The translations under genes were made by a program, and so were the position numbers. The notes beneath the pieces are model-generated. The model did not search any database, had not been told where the DNA came from, and saw only the letters and a program-made list of their open reading frames with translations. 64,000 nucleotides of DNA. Source: a virus (lineage: Duplodnaviria > Caudoviricetes). The stretch is from the IMG/VR virus record IMGVR_UViG_3300009092_000015, positions 547-64,546 of that record; one strand, 5' to 3'. This document shows, in pieces, positions 25,925 to 35,991 of this stretch. Every line of letters starts with the position of its first letter. Position 1 is the stretch's first letter.

Positions 25925-27314
25925 CTGGCTCCTGTGCGCCGGTCGAGGTTACGGTAAGACGCGCTGCGGTGCAGAGGACGTAGCTTATTACGGTATGGCG
26001 AACCCCGGAGTTCGTATTGCCGTTATAGCTCCGACCTATGAAGCTGCTAGGGATGTCTGTATCGAGGGTGAGTCTGGGCTGCTGTACTGCCTGCCACCTG
26101 AGGTGGTAGGAAACGGATGGAACCGGTCATTGGGGGAACTTACCCTGGTGAACGGGACCATCTATAAGATCTACACCTCAGAGAAGCCGGATAGGCTCAG
26201 AGGTCCGCAGTTTCACCGTGGTTGGTGTGACGAATTGCCAAGTTTCAAGTACGCCCAGGAAACTTGGGACATGTACCAGATGGGTCTTCGCTTAGGCCGG
26301 AATCCCCAGACCGTAATCACAACTACGCCGAGGCCGATCAAACTTATAAAGGACCTGATAGCCGCCAAGGACACCTTCCTGGTTACCGGATCTACGTTTG
26401 AGAATCAGGATAACCTTCCTACATCGTTTATCAGCATTTTAAAGGCCAAGTATGAAGGGACGCGGCTCGGACAGCAGGAGCTTTACGCTAGGGTCTTAGA
26501 GGATACTCCTGGTGCATTGTGGAACTCTACCCAGTTGGAAGCGACCAGGATCATAAACCAGGACCCATATGAGGTAGCTAAGCGGTGTCTCAGGGTGGTG
26601 GTAGCGATAGATCCGGCTGTGACCTCGGGGGAGGATGCGGACGAAACCGGGATTATCTGCGCTGGCATCGATAAAGACGGCGTTGGATACGTCTTGGAAG
26701 ACCGATCGATGCGAGATACCCCCAAAGCCTGGGCGGCAGAGGCCATCGACCTACTTAGGAAGTTCCGAGGGGACCGGATCGTAGCCGAAACCAATAACGG
26801 TGGCGATATGGTCGAAGATACCATCCGATCTATCGATGACACGGTTCCGTTTAAGAAGGTAGTGGCCTCTCGTGGCAAGTATGTCCGTGCCGAGCCGATA
26901 TCTGCGCTATATGAGCAAGGAAGGGTCCATCATATAGGTAGATTTGACATCATGGAGGACCAAATGTGCTCCTTCACGGTAGATAACATCGCCCAGAATA
27001 GTCCGGATCGCGTAGACGCCTTGGTTTGGGCCTTATCCGACCTCTTTTCCGGTGCAATGACCTTCGGAGCCTTGACTTACATGAAGAATACCCAAGCACA
27101 GGCAGAGGCCCAGGTTGAGAAAGTAGCTACTGCTCAGGCTGTAAAGATCGCCGTCAGTGCTAAATCGGTTCTATGCCCTCAGTGTGAGTCTCCTTCGGTG
27201 ATTATCCTCTTAGGTGATTATCGCTGTAACAGTTGTGGTAACGTCTGGGGTGGCTCCGATAGATTTGTCCAGCCTCCCCAGCGACGAGAAGAATTCCTAA
27301 AGTTGGTCATGTAA
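25791..27314 (+). CDS. terL: terminase large subunit
   Basis: ARPSQ...W..WLLCAGRGYGKT Walker A, LRGPQF..GWCDE Walker B, TTTP, nuclease AIDPA, DETGI and PDRVDAL. Confidence 0.95.
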   Translation: MESTSSYSNLSWDAVKALDLPAKYRLRWKLQARPSQLTPPGNWSNWLLCAGRGYGKTRCGAEDVAYYGMANPGVRIAVIAPTYEAARDVCIEGESGLLYCLPPEVVGNGWNRSLGELTLVNGTIYKIYTSEKPDRLRGPQFHRGWCDELPSFKYAQETWDMYQMGLRLGRNPQTVITTTPRPIKLIKDLIAAKDTFLVTGSTFENQDNLPTSFISILKAKYEGTRLGQQELYARVLEDTPGALWNSTQLEATRIINQDPYEVAKRCLRVVVAIDPAVTSGEDADETGIICAGIDKDGVGYVLEDRSMRDTPKAWAAEAIDLLRKFRGDRIVAETNNGGDMVEDTIRSIDDTVPFKKVVASRGKYVRAEPISALYEQGRVHHIGRFDIMEDQMCSFTVDNIAQNSPDRVDALVWALSDLFSGAMTFGALTYMKNTQAQAEAQVEKVATAQAVKIAVSAKSVLCPQCESPSVIILLGDYRCNSCGNVWGGSDRFVQPPQRREEFLKLVM

Positions 27315-27535
27315 TGTCAGAGCGGGATTTTCGAGAACTAATGGATGCCTTGAATGGGCTCCGATCAGACATGCGGGAGTTAGCGGGGGTTATGTCCCGC
27401 ATAGAAGCCCTTGGACGGGAGGTCAAATCTGCACCTTCTGACTATAAGGATTTACCAAATACTAATAGAAAAGGAGCAGGGTCCGTCGTAAGCGAATCCG
27501 AGGCCTTCCGTCCTAGGCAAAAGGTGAAAGCATGA
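27314..27535 (+). CDS. small coiled-coil protein
   Basis: Coupled overlaps. Confidence 0.55.
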   Translation: MSERDFRELMDALNGLRSDMRELAGVMSRIEALGREVKSAPSDYKDLPNTNRKGAGSVVSESEAFRPRQKVKA

Positions 27536-27954
27536 GATTATCCTTGTTGGGTTTGTTGTTCGGTGCTTTTCTGTCTGCTCAGACTGTGGTTCCACAGCCT
27601 GGGCAGTTCCAATTTACTGTCCAGACACTACCGGGAGCGATTCCTACCTCTCTTACCTGTCTTGTCGGCAAGGCTGTTGGGTGTATTTTGCAGCTTAAGC
27701 CTCAGAATTCCGATCCGCAGGTTTGCGGCTTCGACTTTACTGCTACCGGCCAGACGATTACCATGCAGGATCAGAATGGAACCCTCTGGGTGATCAATGG
27801 GGCGACGTTGGGTAGCAGTGGATCGCCGGTTGGGACGATGTGGCAGGCACCCAATGATTCGGGGTGTAGGATCTTCCCAGGTGGAGTCTATATCCAGGCC
27901 AATACCTCAGGTGTAACAGGCAGGATTACAATCAAATACAATCCGAATCAGTGA
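27532..27954 (+). CDS. signal-peptide-bearing beta-rich protein
   Basis: MRLSLLGLLFGAFLSA-Q. Confidence 0.7.
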   Translation: MRLSLLGLLFGAFLSAQTVVPQPGQFQFTVQTLPGAIPTSLTCLVGKAVGCILQLKPQNSDPQVCGFDFTATGQTITMQDQNGTLWVINGATLGSSGSPVGTMWQAPNDSGCRIFPGGVYIQANTSGVTGRITIKYNPNQ

Positions 27955-28316
27955 TTCAAGCCTTGAACAGGGGGATTCCAATGGCTGGCTTCTGGGAGAA
28001 TTTCGATTGGGGTGACTGGGTATCTGGTATAGTGGCCGGGTTCATCGGTGGTGGGGCATCGGCTGTTGTCGGTGGGCTAGCCTTGAGCTTCCAAGATCCA
28101 AAGGACTTCTCCATCGGGACCACAAAGTTTTTCAACGTAGCTGGGACGATATTTGTTATCAGTGGGCTCCTCAATGCGGCTATGTATCTTAAGCAGAATC
28201 CCATTCCCAAGGTCAGGACTGTAGTTACCGTGGAAACCGTAAAGCGGGAAAGTCCTACCACAGTTGTGACGAAGACTGTTGAGGAAACTAGAGTAGATCC
28301 CAAGTCGGAAAAGTAG
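27951..28316 (+). CDS. holin-like membrane protein
   Basis: Two TM segments and a charged C-terminus; start probably ATG 27981. Confidence 0.55.
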   Translation: MIQALNRGIPMAGFWENFDWGDWVSGIVAGFIGGGASAVVGGLALSFQDPKDFSIGTTKFFNVAGTIFVISGLLNAAMYLKQNPIPKVRTVVTVETVKRESPTTVVTKTVEETRVDPKSEK

Positions 28317-28323
28317 GAGGCCT

Positions 28324-28686
28324 ATGCCGGTATGGGCAGCTACGTGGTTCCCTATAGCCTTACAGTTGGTAATGGGGATATGGTTCTTATCCAGATTTAC
28401 AGCAAAGGTGGATGGCCTAGCCGAGCAGGAGGAGCTAACTCAGAAGGCAATGGCTCAGGCCTTCTCGGATATATCCACTATCGCTAGGCAGATTGCCGTG
28501 AACGACTCTGAGCATAAGTCAATAATTTTCCGTTTGGAAGCTACTGAGCGTGAGATTACTGCTCTGCGTACCTGGAAGCATGAACTAGCCAATCGACAAA
28601 TGCTCTACGATAATTACCAGGAAGAGATTGTAGAGCTTAGGCGCAAGTTAGAACGCATAGCTGAGAGGAGATGGCCGGATGATTAG
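28324..28686 (+). CDS. N-terminal TM plus coiled-coil protein (holin/antiholin-like)
   Basis: WFPIALQLVMGIWFL then heptads. Confidence 0.6.
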   Translation: MPVWAATWFPIALQLVMGIWFLSRFTAKVDGLAEQEELTQKAMAQAFSDISTIARQIAVNDSEHKSIIFRLEATEREITALRTWKHELANRQMLYDNYQEEIVELRRKLERIAERRWPDD

Positions 28687-28813
28687 TCATGAATTGCCTC
28701 CTGAGGATTTGGAGCCCCCGATGGACCCCAAATTTAAGCATAGGAAGGTCCAGGATGAGGAGGCAGCTACTACCCAGCCGCCGTCTAGGCCCCCTGAAGG
28801 TGGTGGAGACTAA
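28679..28813 (+). CDS. small Pro/acidic protein (44 aa)
   Basis: Manual translation MISHELPPEDLEPPMDPKFKHRKVQDEEAATTQPPSRPPEGGGD; SD GAGGAG; overlaps both neighbours. Confidence 0.45.
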   Translation: MISHELPPEDLEPPMDPKFKHRKVQDEEAATTQPPSRPPEGGGD

Positions 28814-29091
28814 TGGCTAGCCCATCTCCGCAGCATGACAGTGGGGGGCCTACCACGTGGGGATGGTTAATTCCAGCAGTAGCAGGATTCTTTTCCATGG
28901 TAGCGGCCTGGATACGGGCATTCGGGGGTAAGAAGGACCCACCCCCGAAGCAGGATAACCTACTGGCTAAGATTAGTCTGCTGGAGCGTGAGCAGCAGGC
29001 TTTCCAGGCTGAAATGAGAACCGCAATTTGGAGATTAGAGGATCAGATTGTGAGAGTAGCTTCAGCCAGGAGTTCAGACGACCGGAGTTGA
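28813..29091 (+). CDS. TM plus coiled-coil protein
   Basis: WGWLIPAVAGFFSMVAAWI. Confidence 0.6.
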   Translation: MASPSPQHDSGGPTTWGWLIPAVAGFFSMVAAWIRAFGGKKDPPPKQDNLLAKISLLEREQQAFQAEMRTAIWRLEDQIVRVASARSSDDRS

Positions 29092-29683
29092 GGCACCAGA
29101 GGGCCAATGCTACCATTTCGGCCACGCATAGTATCTGGTGGCTGACATAGTAGTAGTTGGGGCTCGGTATGAACCTGATAGCAGTTAAGAATCCAGCGTA
29201 TATTGCAAGATGCTTTACGGCTACCATGCTTCGATCAACGGTGAATAGGGAAAACCAGAAGCCGTAGAAGCCAGCTTGGGCATACATCACGTATATCCAT
29301 TCCCGATGAATCCAGAATCTGTGATACCAGTCGAGTTTGGGGCTGTACCTTCCACTGCCCATCATTAAGCCGGTCATTCCGATTGAGAACAGAGCAATGC
29401 CGAATACAGACCAGAACCGAGGTAGCCGGTTCATGTGCTCCGTGTTCTTCCAGAGTGCTTCCCCTAGGCTGATTGCTATGGATACTAGAAGTAATATCTC
29501 CGAGGGAGTCCAGATGTATCGGTTCAACTTACTGGTATACGGCAGCAGCGTATTGATCAAGCCTTGAACCGAGAATACGAGAATGGTAACCATGAACCAG
29601 GGAAATACGGTCCAGTACCGGTTCTGGAATAAGATCCATAAGGTGACGATTGACCCGAAAAGCAACAATATCTGGAGTTCCAT
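28973..29683 (-). CDS. polytopic membrane protein (moron-like)
   Basis: About 6-7 hydrophobic segments; antisense to the late operon. Confidence 0.7.
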   Translation of the reverse strand: MELQILLLFGSIVTLWILFQNRYWTVFPWFMVTILVFSVQGLINTLLPYTSKLNRYIWTPSEILLLVSIAISLGEALWKNTEHMNRLPRFWSVFGIALFSIGMTGLMMGSGRYSPKLDWYHRFWIHREWIYVMYAQAGFYGFWFSLFTVDRSMVAVKHLAIYAGFLTAIRFIPSPNYYYVSHQILCVAEMVALALWCLNSGRLNSWLKLLSQSDPLISKLRFSFQPGKPAAHAPAD

Positions 29684-29712
29684 GCCGTTATGGTAACCCC
29701 ATTTAGGACATT

Positions 29713-29982
29713 TTGTTCATGATTTGGCTATGGTTCGGGTCGTTGTTTAGGGCAATAGGGAGATTTTTAGTACCAATTCCAGCGGAACTAAGGGTTTCCC
29801 GGATAGACCCGAATTCCCCATGTCCAGCGTGTGGGAACTGTAACGGTAAGCTGGAATTTGCCTACATGGAGTTTCCAGAAGCACCTGGGACCCATGCCCC
29901 AATGGTTCGCCATACGTGTTCCATCTGTTCCTTTGCTTGGTGTTCCAAGCCTATAAGTACTCCGAAATACCCAGCCGTTTAG
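29713..29982 (+). CDS. small Zn-ribbon protein
   Basis: CPACG ... CSICS. Confidence 0.55.
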   Translation: MFMIWLWFGSLFRAIGRFLVPIPAELRVSRIDPNSPCPACGNCNGKLEFAYMEFPEAPGTHAPMVRHTCSICSFAWCSKPISTPKYPAV

Positions 29983-29993
29983 CGGTCTAATTT

Positions 29994-31514
29994 ATGCCAT
30001 TTGGTGGAATTCAAGTAAGGAGTATCGGGCAGGCAGTTAGTCAGTTGGCGCGGCGGCTATATCAAGCCCCACCTGATACGATTGCCGGAGTTAACAGTGG
30101 CAATTGGCCGACTGCTGGACAGCCGGTAGCTCCGTTTGTGCCGAATGGCCAGCCGCTGATTAATCCGTATTGGTTCGGCCAGAATTACACTTATACACCG
30201 AGGCCTGATGCGGTGTATACAGCCTCCGAGCTTCGGGGGCTATCGATGTTTCCGCTGGCCCGCATCTGTATTGATAACGCCAAGGACATGATCTGTAAAA
30301 TGTCTTGGGTTATCCAGCTTCGGCAGATGCCTGGGGAGACGGATGCCGACGTTGTAGCAAGGCGTAAAGCTGCCAAAAAGGGTGATCCGGTAATCAAGTC
30401 ATTATCCAAGTTCTTCGATTCCCCAAATCCAGAACAGGATTGGTCGGAATGGCTCCGGCAAGTCTTGGAGGATATGTTAACTATCGATGCCGCTAGCATC
30501 TTTATGGACCGGACTGCAAACGGTAAGGTAGCGGCATGTTGGAGGGTTCCTGGGGAGTTTATTACTCGGTATGTGGACGATGGTGGTCGTACTCCATTAG
30601 CTCCTAACCCTGCATATGCCCAGCTTTGGGAAGGGATACCTCGGGTAGACTTGACTACTAATCAGCTTATTTATAAGCCGAGGAACATTGTCCCACGGAC
30701 TGGGATTATTAGTAGCTACTACTATGGATGCAGCCCTACCGAGGCCTTGGCAGATGAGATCAAGATTGGTATCGCGCGTCTGATGTTCGTTTTGGCGTAT
30801 TACGAACGTGGATCGGTAGGTAATATGATCCACGTAGCCCCGCCAAGGATTCCACCGGATAAGGTGGAGGAGGCCGTACGTCTGTTTAATGCTCAGGTGT
30901 CGGGGAATCTTGGGAAGCGTAGGCAGTATAACGTTATTCAAGGATTCCAAGACGAGGGTAAGCAGGAACAGATTATCTTCCCGTCTGAGCCAAGTATGGC
31001 CGATGTGTTTGATGACCTCCTGATCCGTAAAATTGCATTCGGATTCGGCAATTCACCTCAGCGGCTACTCAAGCCGATGAACCGAGGTAGCGCCCAGGTA
31101 AGCCAGCAGGCAGCTAACGAGGAAGGTATCCGCCCTTGGATGGACTGGGTAATCAAACTGGTGAACTTTATCATTCAGCGCAAGTTTGGTATGGAGGAAT
31201 ATGAGATCGACCTTAAACCCGATTTCGATACCGATCCTACTAAGCGCCAAAAGGCTGATGCTTCCGACGTTAACGAGGGTATTCGCACACGTAACGAGGT
31301 ACGAGAATCTAGAGGTCTTGATCCTATTGATGACCCTATGGCTAGCCAGTTATGCATTACTACTGCTAATGGAGTAGTTCGGCTGGGGGACGTAGTCACC
31401 GCTGGAAACCAAGGCCCTGGGCAGGTACCGACTAAGCAGAAAGATTCAAGCCTTGAACCGAAACCCCCTGCACAGAAGGTTAACGGTCGGCTGATTGAAA
31501 GGGGGGAACGATGA
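29994..31514 (+). CDS. portal protein
   Basis: 506 aa between terminase and protease; LEDMLTIDA, IAFGFGNSP, NEVRESRGLDPI typical of HK97-type portals. Confidence 0.85.
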   Translation: MPFGGIQVRSIGQAVSQLARRLYQAPPDTIAGVNSGNWPTAGQPVAPFVPNGQPLINPYWFGQNYTYTPRPDAVYTASELRGLSMFPLARICIDNAKDMICKMSWVIQLRQMPGETDADVVARRKAAKKGDPVIKSLSKFFDSPNPEQDWSEWLRQVLEDMLTIDAASIFMDRTANGKVAACWRVPGEFITRYVDDGGRTPLAPNPAYAQLWEGIPRVDLTTNQLIYKPRNIVPRTGIISSYYYGCSPTEALADEIKIGIARLMFVLAYYERGSVGNMIHVAPPRIPPDKVEEAVRLFNAQVSGNLGKRRQYNVIQGFQDEGKQEQIIFPSEPSMADVFDDLLIRKIAFGFGNSPQRLLKPMNRGSAQVSQQAANEEGIRPWMDWVIKLVNFIIQRKFGMEEYEIDLKPDFDTDPTKRQKADASDVNEGIRTRNEVRESRGLDPIDDPMASQLCITTANGVVRLGDVVTAGNQGPGQVPTKQKDSSLEPKPPAQKVNGRLIERGER

Positions 31515-33358
31515 AAGACAATTTCCTTAAATACTTTCCGCTTATTAAGGCCGACGAAGCTACTCATACGGTGTATGGCATAGCTACGGCTGAATCTCCG
31601 GACAAGGCCGGTGAGATCTGCGACTACGAGGCTACTGTCCCGCTATATCAGGATTGGTCTAATGAGGCTATGTCGTCTACCATGGCGGCTGGACAGGAAG
31701 TCAGTCTGGGGAATATTAGGTTACAGCACACATTAGAGATTGCCGGTAAGGTTACTAAGCTGGATTTCGACGCGGAAAAGAAGCACATCCTGATTGAGAC
31801 TAAGCCCGTAAGTGACTATATCTGGGAGTTAGTATCTAAGGGTTACGTACGTGGTTTTTCCCAGGGCGGCAGGTATTTATGGCGCAAATGCAACGACTGT
31901 GGGACTGCTATTCCATTAGATGATGGGAATGTATGTTCCAAATGTGACAAGCCCGTATATGTCAGGTACGCTGCCCGCCCGTCCGAGGTCTCGTATGTAG
32001 ATAATCCGGCACTCAAGGTAGCGACATTCAGTTTCGTTAAATCCGATGGCGGCATAGAGCTTCGGAAATTCTCAGAAGGAGGACTTATGGACGTTGAAGG
32101 TGTGAAGTCCCTGGCTTCCAAGCTCGACTCGGTAGCCTCGGATGTTCAAGCCTTGAAGAAGGCTGCGGAGGGTAAGACAAAGCGGATAGCCGGGGAGGAT
32201 CTTTCCTCGTCGGCCTTCGCCTACGTCGGGGACAAAGAAAAGACCGAGACTTGGAAATTCCCCCTCCACTTCTCCACTCCGGAGAAAAGCAAACGCCATG
32301 TTCAAAACGCACTGGCCCGGTGGTCACAGGCAAAGGACATTCCAGCGGATAAGAAGGCTGGAGTCAGATCGAAGATCGTCGCTGCGGCTAAGAAGTATGG
32401 CATTCAGGTTGAGGAGGAAGAGAAGGCAGATAAGGCAGAAATTGCCCAGATCGAGAAGATGCTTGGTAAACACCTGACTGATCAGGGGCTTACTAAGTCT
32501 ATGGGCAGTATTGCTGACCTGACGTCCATTATCCAGCAGACTAGGTGGGTAATGATGGACGCCCGATGGGAAGCTGAGTATGAGCCCGATGACCGGGATG
32601 AAGCAGTTGCGGTGGAACTCGAAGCTTGTATCCTGCATTTGGTGGAAATTCTGAAGGAAGTGGTGGACGAAGAAACGTCCGAACTAACCGCTCGAAAAGC
32701 GGAGGAAGGTGTGAGTATGGCTAACGATAATCTGCAAAAGAAAGCGGCTGGTTTGGGGGGTCATTTCCGTAAAGCAGCCAAGGCATATGGTGAGATGGCC
32801 GATTGTCAGACTATGAAGGCTGACGCCCATAAGGCTTATATGGAAGCCATGGACGGATGCAACAAGGGTGACAATCCGGATCTGGAGAAGGCATACAAAG
32901 CTTTCATGAAGTCGCAGCGGAAGGGCTCGGAGGATATGGCTAAGTCGTATAAGGCCATGGCAGACCACTGCAACAAGATGGCGGATGAGGTCGAAGAGGC
33001 CGCTAAGTCTGAGGATTCCGACGAACTGAAAAAGGCCGAAGAGTTGCGCAAGGCAGAGGAAGCCAAAGCGGCACAGGCTAAGGCCGATGCCGATGCTGCC
33101 AAGGCTGCTGCTACTACCCTTCAGCCTGGGACTCTGGTGAATTTTGAGGAGGTGATCCAGAAAGCGTTTACCACTGCTTTGGCTGCTCAGCCCAAGGCGC
33201 TTACCCTGGAGGAAGTCACCAAGGCAGTAGGTGACCTCGTAGATTCCAAGTTGGAGAAGGCAATCGTGCCCGCTCCGGCTGGATTCAGTCTGGTTCCCCG
33301 CCCTGGTGGGGATAATAACGTTTCCAAATCCACTTCTACGGAGGATTTGGGTATCTAG
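31511..33358 (+). CDS. prohead protease/scaffold fusion with DUF6582-like domain
   Basis: VYGIAT..SPD..GE, RLQH, GFSQGG, EVSYVDNPA protease motifs; FPLH...HVQNALARWSQ...AAAKKYGI domain; Ala/Lys/Glu-rich scaffold-like C-terminus. Confidence 0.8.
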   Translation: MKDNFLKYFPLIKADEATHTVYGIATAESPDKAGEICDYEATVPLYQDWSNEAMSSTMAAGQEVSLGNIRLQHTLEIAGKVTKLDFDAEKKHILIETKPVSDYIWELVSKGYVRGFSQGGRYLWRKCNDCGTAIPLDDGNVCSKCDKPVYVRYAARPSEVSYVDNPALKVATFSFVKSDGGIELRKFSEGGLMDVEGVKSLASKLDSVASDVQALKKAAEGKTKRIAGEDLSSSAFAYVGDKEKTETWKFPLHFSTPEKSKRHVQNALARWSQAKDIPADKKAGVRSKIVAAAKKYGIQVEEEEKADKAEIAQIEKMLGKHLTDQGLTKSMGSIADLTSIIQQTRWVMMDARWEAEYEPDDRDEAVAVELEACILHLVEILKEVVDEETSELTARKAEEGVSMANDNLQKKAAGLGGHFRKAAKAYGEMADCQTMKADAHKAYMEAMDGCNKGDNPDLEKAYKAFMKSQRKGSEDMAKSYKAMADHCNKMADEVEEAAKSEDSDELKKAEELRKAEEAKAAQAKADADAAKAAATTLQPGTLVNFEEVIQKAFTTALAAQPKALTLEEVTKAVGDLVDSKLEKAIVPAPAGFSLVPRPGGDNNVSKSTSTEDLGI

Positions 33359-33389
33359 TCCTTAGAGACTCAAGTAAAGGAGATAACAT

Positions 33390-35246
33390 ATGTCGAGTGG
33401 AGTTGGAAGTGTATTGTCCGATGCTCAGTACCTCGCATTGCGGCAGGGTACTACTGAACTGAAAAAGGCATGGCATAATTCGCTGCAAAAGGGGGAAATG
33501 ACTCAGTTGGAGCATTTCAAAGCGAATCCTGCCATCGTGCCTAAGGGGAATCCAAGTGAACCTGGGTTCCTGGAACGCTGCGAGGCGTTTATCAACCAGT
33601 GCACTCAGCGTGAGAGGCTGGCTAAGTCGTTTATTCAGGAAATGGTCTGGAAGAATCACCCGAACCTGAAGAAGGCCGGTGTCACGTCGAGCCTCGGGTT
33701 CAACTTCTACGACCTCCGTGGACCGGCGTACCTGATTTATCCGGTGAACGTCCATTTCCGCAACACTATTCCGCGTAAGGGGAAGGTGAATGCCGGTTAT
33801 GGCACCATGGCTAACTGGAAGGCGACCCGGAACCCTGGAGTCCCCTATGCTGGGGCTTCGGAAGGTAACCGGGTCGCTATCGGCACCCCGGACGAGAACG
33901 ACTACTACGCGAAGTACAAAGAGGCTGGTGCGGAAGGTAGCGTTACCTTCACTGCGGAGTTCGCAGGTGAGGGCTACACCGATAACTTGGCCGATGAGCA
34001 CTTGCGCGACCTGCATCGTCTCTGGTTGGCCGAAGAGGGAATGATCATTAACGGCAATAGCGGCGTTAGTGGTTCGACCTTCACCGGCTTTAAGCTGGGG
34101 ACCTGTCCGACTCCGGCTGGGGCTGCGGTTGCTACCCACAGTGTTGGTGCTACCGGCAACCTGTCGGTGGTGGGTAACGCAGATCTGCCGTACACGACTG
34201 CCTTGTCGAATACTCAGTACGTCACGGTGTACTGTGTTGCCTTGACTGCGATGGGTAATCCCAACAATACGCAGTATGGCTACGGTGTGTTCCCGACTAT
34301 TGCAGGGGGTCTTACTCCTCAGTATGCTCGCCAGAACGCTGATGGCTCCGTCGATCTGATCAACGGCGGTACGTCGGCTATCTCGGCTGCGTCTACCGCT
34401 GTTCAGGCTACCACTGGTAATCTGACTATCCGGTTTGCCTTGCCGTCTGCCAGCCTTCCGTACAAAGGCGCGTTCGGCTACGCATGGTACGTCGATGTGG
34501 AGGCTACCAATACCACCAACATTGCGAATGCGAAGTTGGCTGGTATCACTACCACTCCGTTCTGTTTCGTCAGTGGCACCGCTACTGGTACTCAGGCTGC
34601 AAACTTCACCAATGGTAGCCTGTCCGGGATCACCACGGATAACAGCTACAACGGCCTGGACTTCGACGGCCTCCTGACCTACGCGGCGAATACCACCGGT
34701 GCCTACTACACTGATCTGCAAGGTGGTAGTCTGACCTCCCAGAAGAATGGTCGAGTCACCGAACTGGAGACCTTGCTCCAGTACGTCTGGCAGCAGTATC
34801 AGACCGGGATTGACGAGATCTGGGGAGACGCAACGGCTGTTGCGACTCTGGATGCTGCTATCCGATACTCGGGTACTTCCAACTCGGCGTATCAGTTTAT
34901 TACCACCCGCGATGGGCAGAATAACCTGCTTGGAGGCTTCGTCGTATCCGCCTACCAGAGCCGTTATGCCTTCAATTCCCCGACCGGCAGCAACGCGATC
35001 CCAATCCGGATTCACCCGATGATCCCGGCTGGCACGTTGTACTTCTTTGTCAAGAATAACCCGTATCCCCAGAGCCGAATCCCGGCCACTGTGGAGATGT
35101 TGGTCCAGAGGGAGTACTACAGCATCGAGTGGCCCCAGACTAGCCGCAAATGGCCGTTTGGCACCTACGTCCATGAATGCTTGGCACAGTATGTGCCCTG
35201 GATTCCGAGCGTCATTACAGGCATTGGCCCGTTTGTCGGAAGCTAG
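33390..35246 (+). CDS. major capsid protein
   Basis: Follows protease, strong SD AAAGGAG, biased codon usage, GFNFYDL...RNTIPR motif. Confidence 0.8.
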   Translation: MSSGVGSVLSDAQYLALRQGTTELKKAWHNSLQKGEMTQLEHFKANPAIVPKGNPSEPGFLERCEAFINQCTQRERLAKSFIQEMVWKNHPNLKKAGVTSSLGFNFYDLRGPAYLIYPVNVHFRNTIPRKGKVNAGYGTMANWKATRNPGVPYAGASEGNRVAIGTPDENDYYAKYKEAGAEGSVTFTAEFAGEGYTDNLADEHLRDLHRLWLAEEGMIINGNSGVSGSTFTGFKLGTCPTPAGAAVATHSVGATGNLSVVGNADLPYTTALSNTQYVTVYCVALTAMGNPNNTQYGYGVFPTIAGGLTPQYARQNADGSVDLINGGTSAISAASTAVQATTGNLTIRFALPSASLPYKGAFGYAWYVDVEATNTTNIANAKLAGITTTPFCFVSGTATGTQAANFTNGSLSGITTDNSYNGLDFDGLLTYAANTTGAYYTDLQGGSLTSQKNGRVTELETLLQYVWQQYQTGIDEIWGDATAVATLDAAIRYSGTSNSAYQFITTRDGQNNLLGGFVVSAYQSRYAFNSPTGSNAIPIRIHPMIPAGTLYFFVKNNPYPQSRIPATVEMLVQREYYSIEWPQTSRKWPFGTYVHECLAQYVPWIPSVITGIGPFVGS

Positions 35247-35310
35247 TAGCCAGTTCAAGCCTTGAATAAGTTCCGGCCTGTGATTCCGTGAGGCACAGGC
35301 ATGGCAGTGT

Positions 35311-35346
35311 GGGGATCTTCGTACAAGGACGGAGGTCCCCATTTCT
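35311..35346 (+). terminator. possible terminator after the capsid gene
   Basis: GGGGATCT / GGTCCCC stem then ATTTCT. Confidence 0.4.
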
Positions 35347-35364
35347 GAATAAAGGAGAAAATCT

Positions 35365-35931
35365 ATGGGAGTTCAAAAGTTAGCAGTTACTTCTGGGGAA
35401 GACTGGATTGCAAGACTCCAGAACGTCGAAAACGACCTCCAGGCAAGTGAAGTTACTAGCCTGAGGGGAACTCATATTTACGCTGGGGAGTTTGTCCCTC
35501 AGACAACTACGACAGGGACAGATACGGCTGGTGTAGCTACTCAGATCTGGGTAGGGGAATTGCGGATTGGTAGCAATACCTTGCTTACCGGCCTGAGTTA
35601 TCTGATCGGATCGGTAGGTGGTACGGATAAGGCCATTGCGATTCTGTACGATTCTGCTGGTAATGTCTTGGCTAACTCTGCATTGGCTGGGACTACGGTC
35701 GGTACCACGGCTACGATGCAGAGGTTGCCATTCGTTACTGCCTATGCGGCTGGTCCAGGGCTGTACTACGTTGGGATCAGCACTAATGGGACTACAGCAA
35801 AGCTGAGAACCCAGGCGTTCGGTGATACCAATGCCGGAGTCATCACCGGCCAGACGTTCGGTACCTTGGCGGCTATCACGCCCCCGAGCACTTTCACGGC
35901 CTCTCAGGCCCCAGTTGTAATGACGTACTAG
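35365..35931 (+). CDS. head decoration/structural protein
   Basis: Position after MCP; Thr/Ala/Gly beta-rich. Confidence 0.6.
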   Translation: MGVQKLAVTSGEDWIARLQNVENDLQASEVTSLRGTHIYAGEFVPQTTTTGTDTAGVATQIWVGELRIGSNTLLTGLSYLIGSVGGTDKAIAILYDSAGNVLANSALAGTTVGTTATMQRLPFVTAYAAGPGLYYVGISTNGTTAKLRTQAFGDTNAGVITGQTFGTLAAITPPSTFTASQAPVVMTY

Positions 35932-35991
35932 TGGTAATGGGATTTGGGGGCTACGGCCCCCTACCTGATTCAAGGCTTGAAGGAGGATAAG

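Noticed and set aside
33336-35342. 668-aa minus-strand ORF
   Set aside because: Antisense shadow of the codon-biased capsid gene
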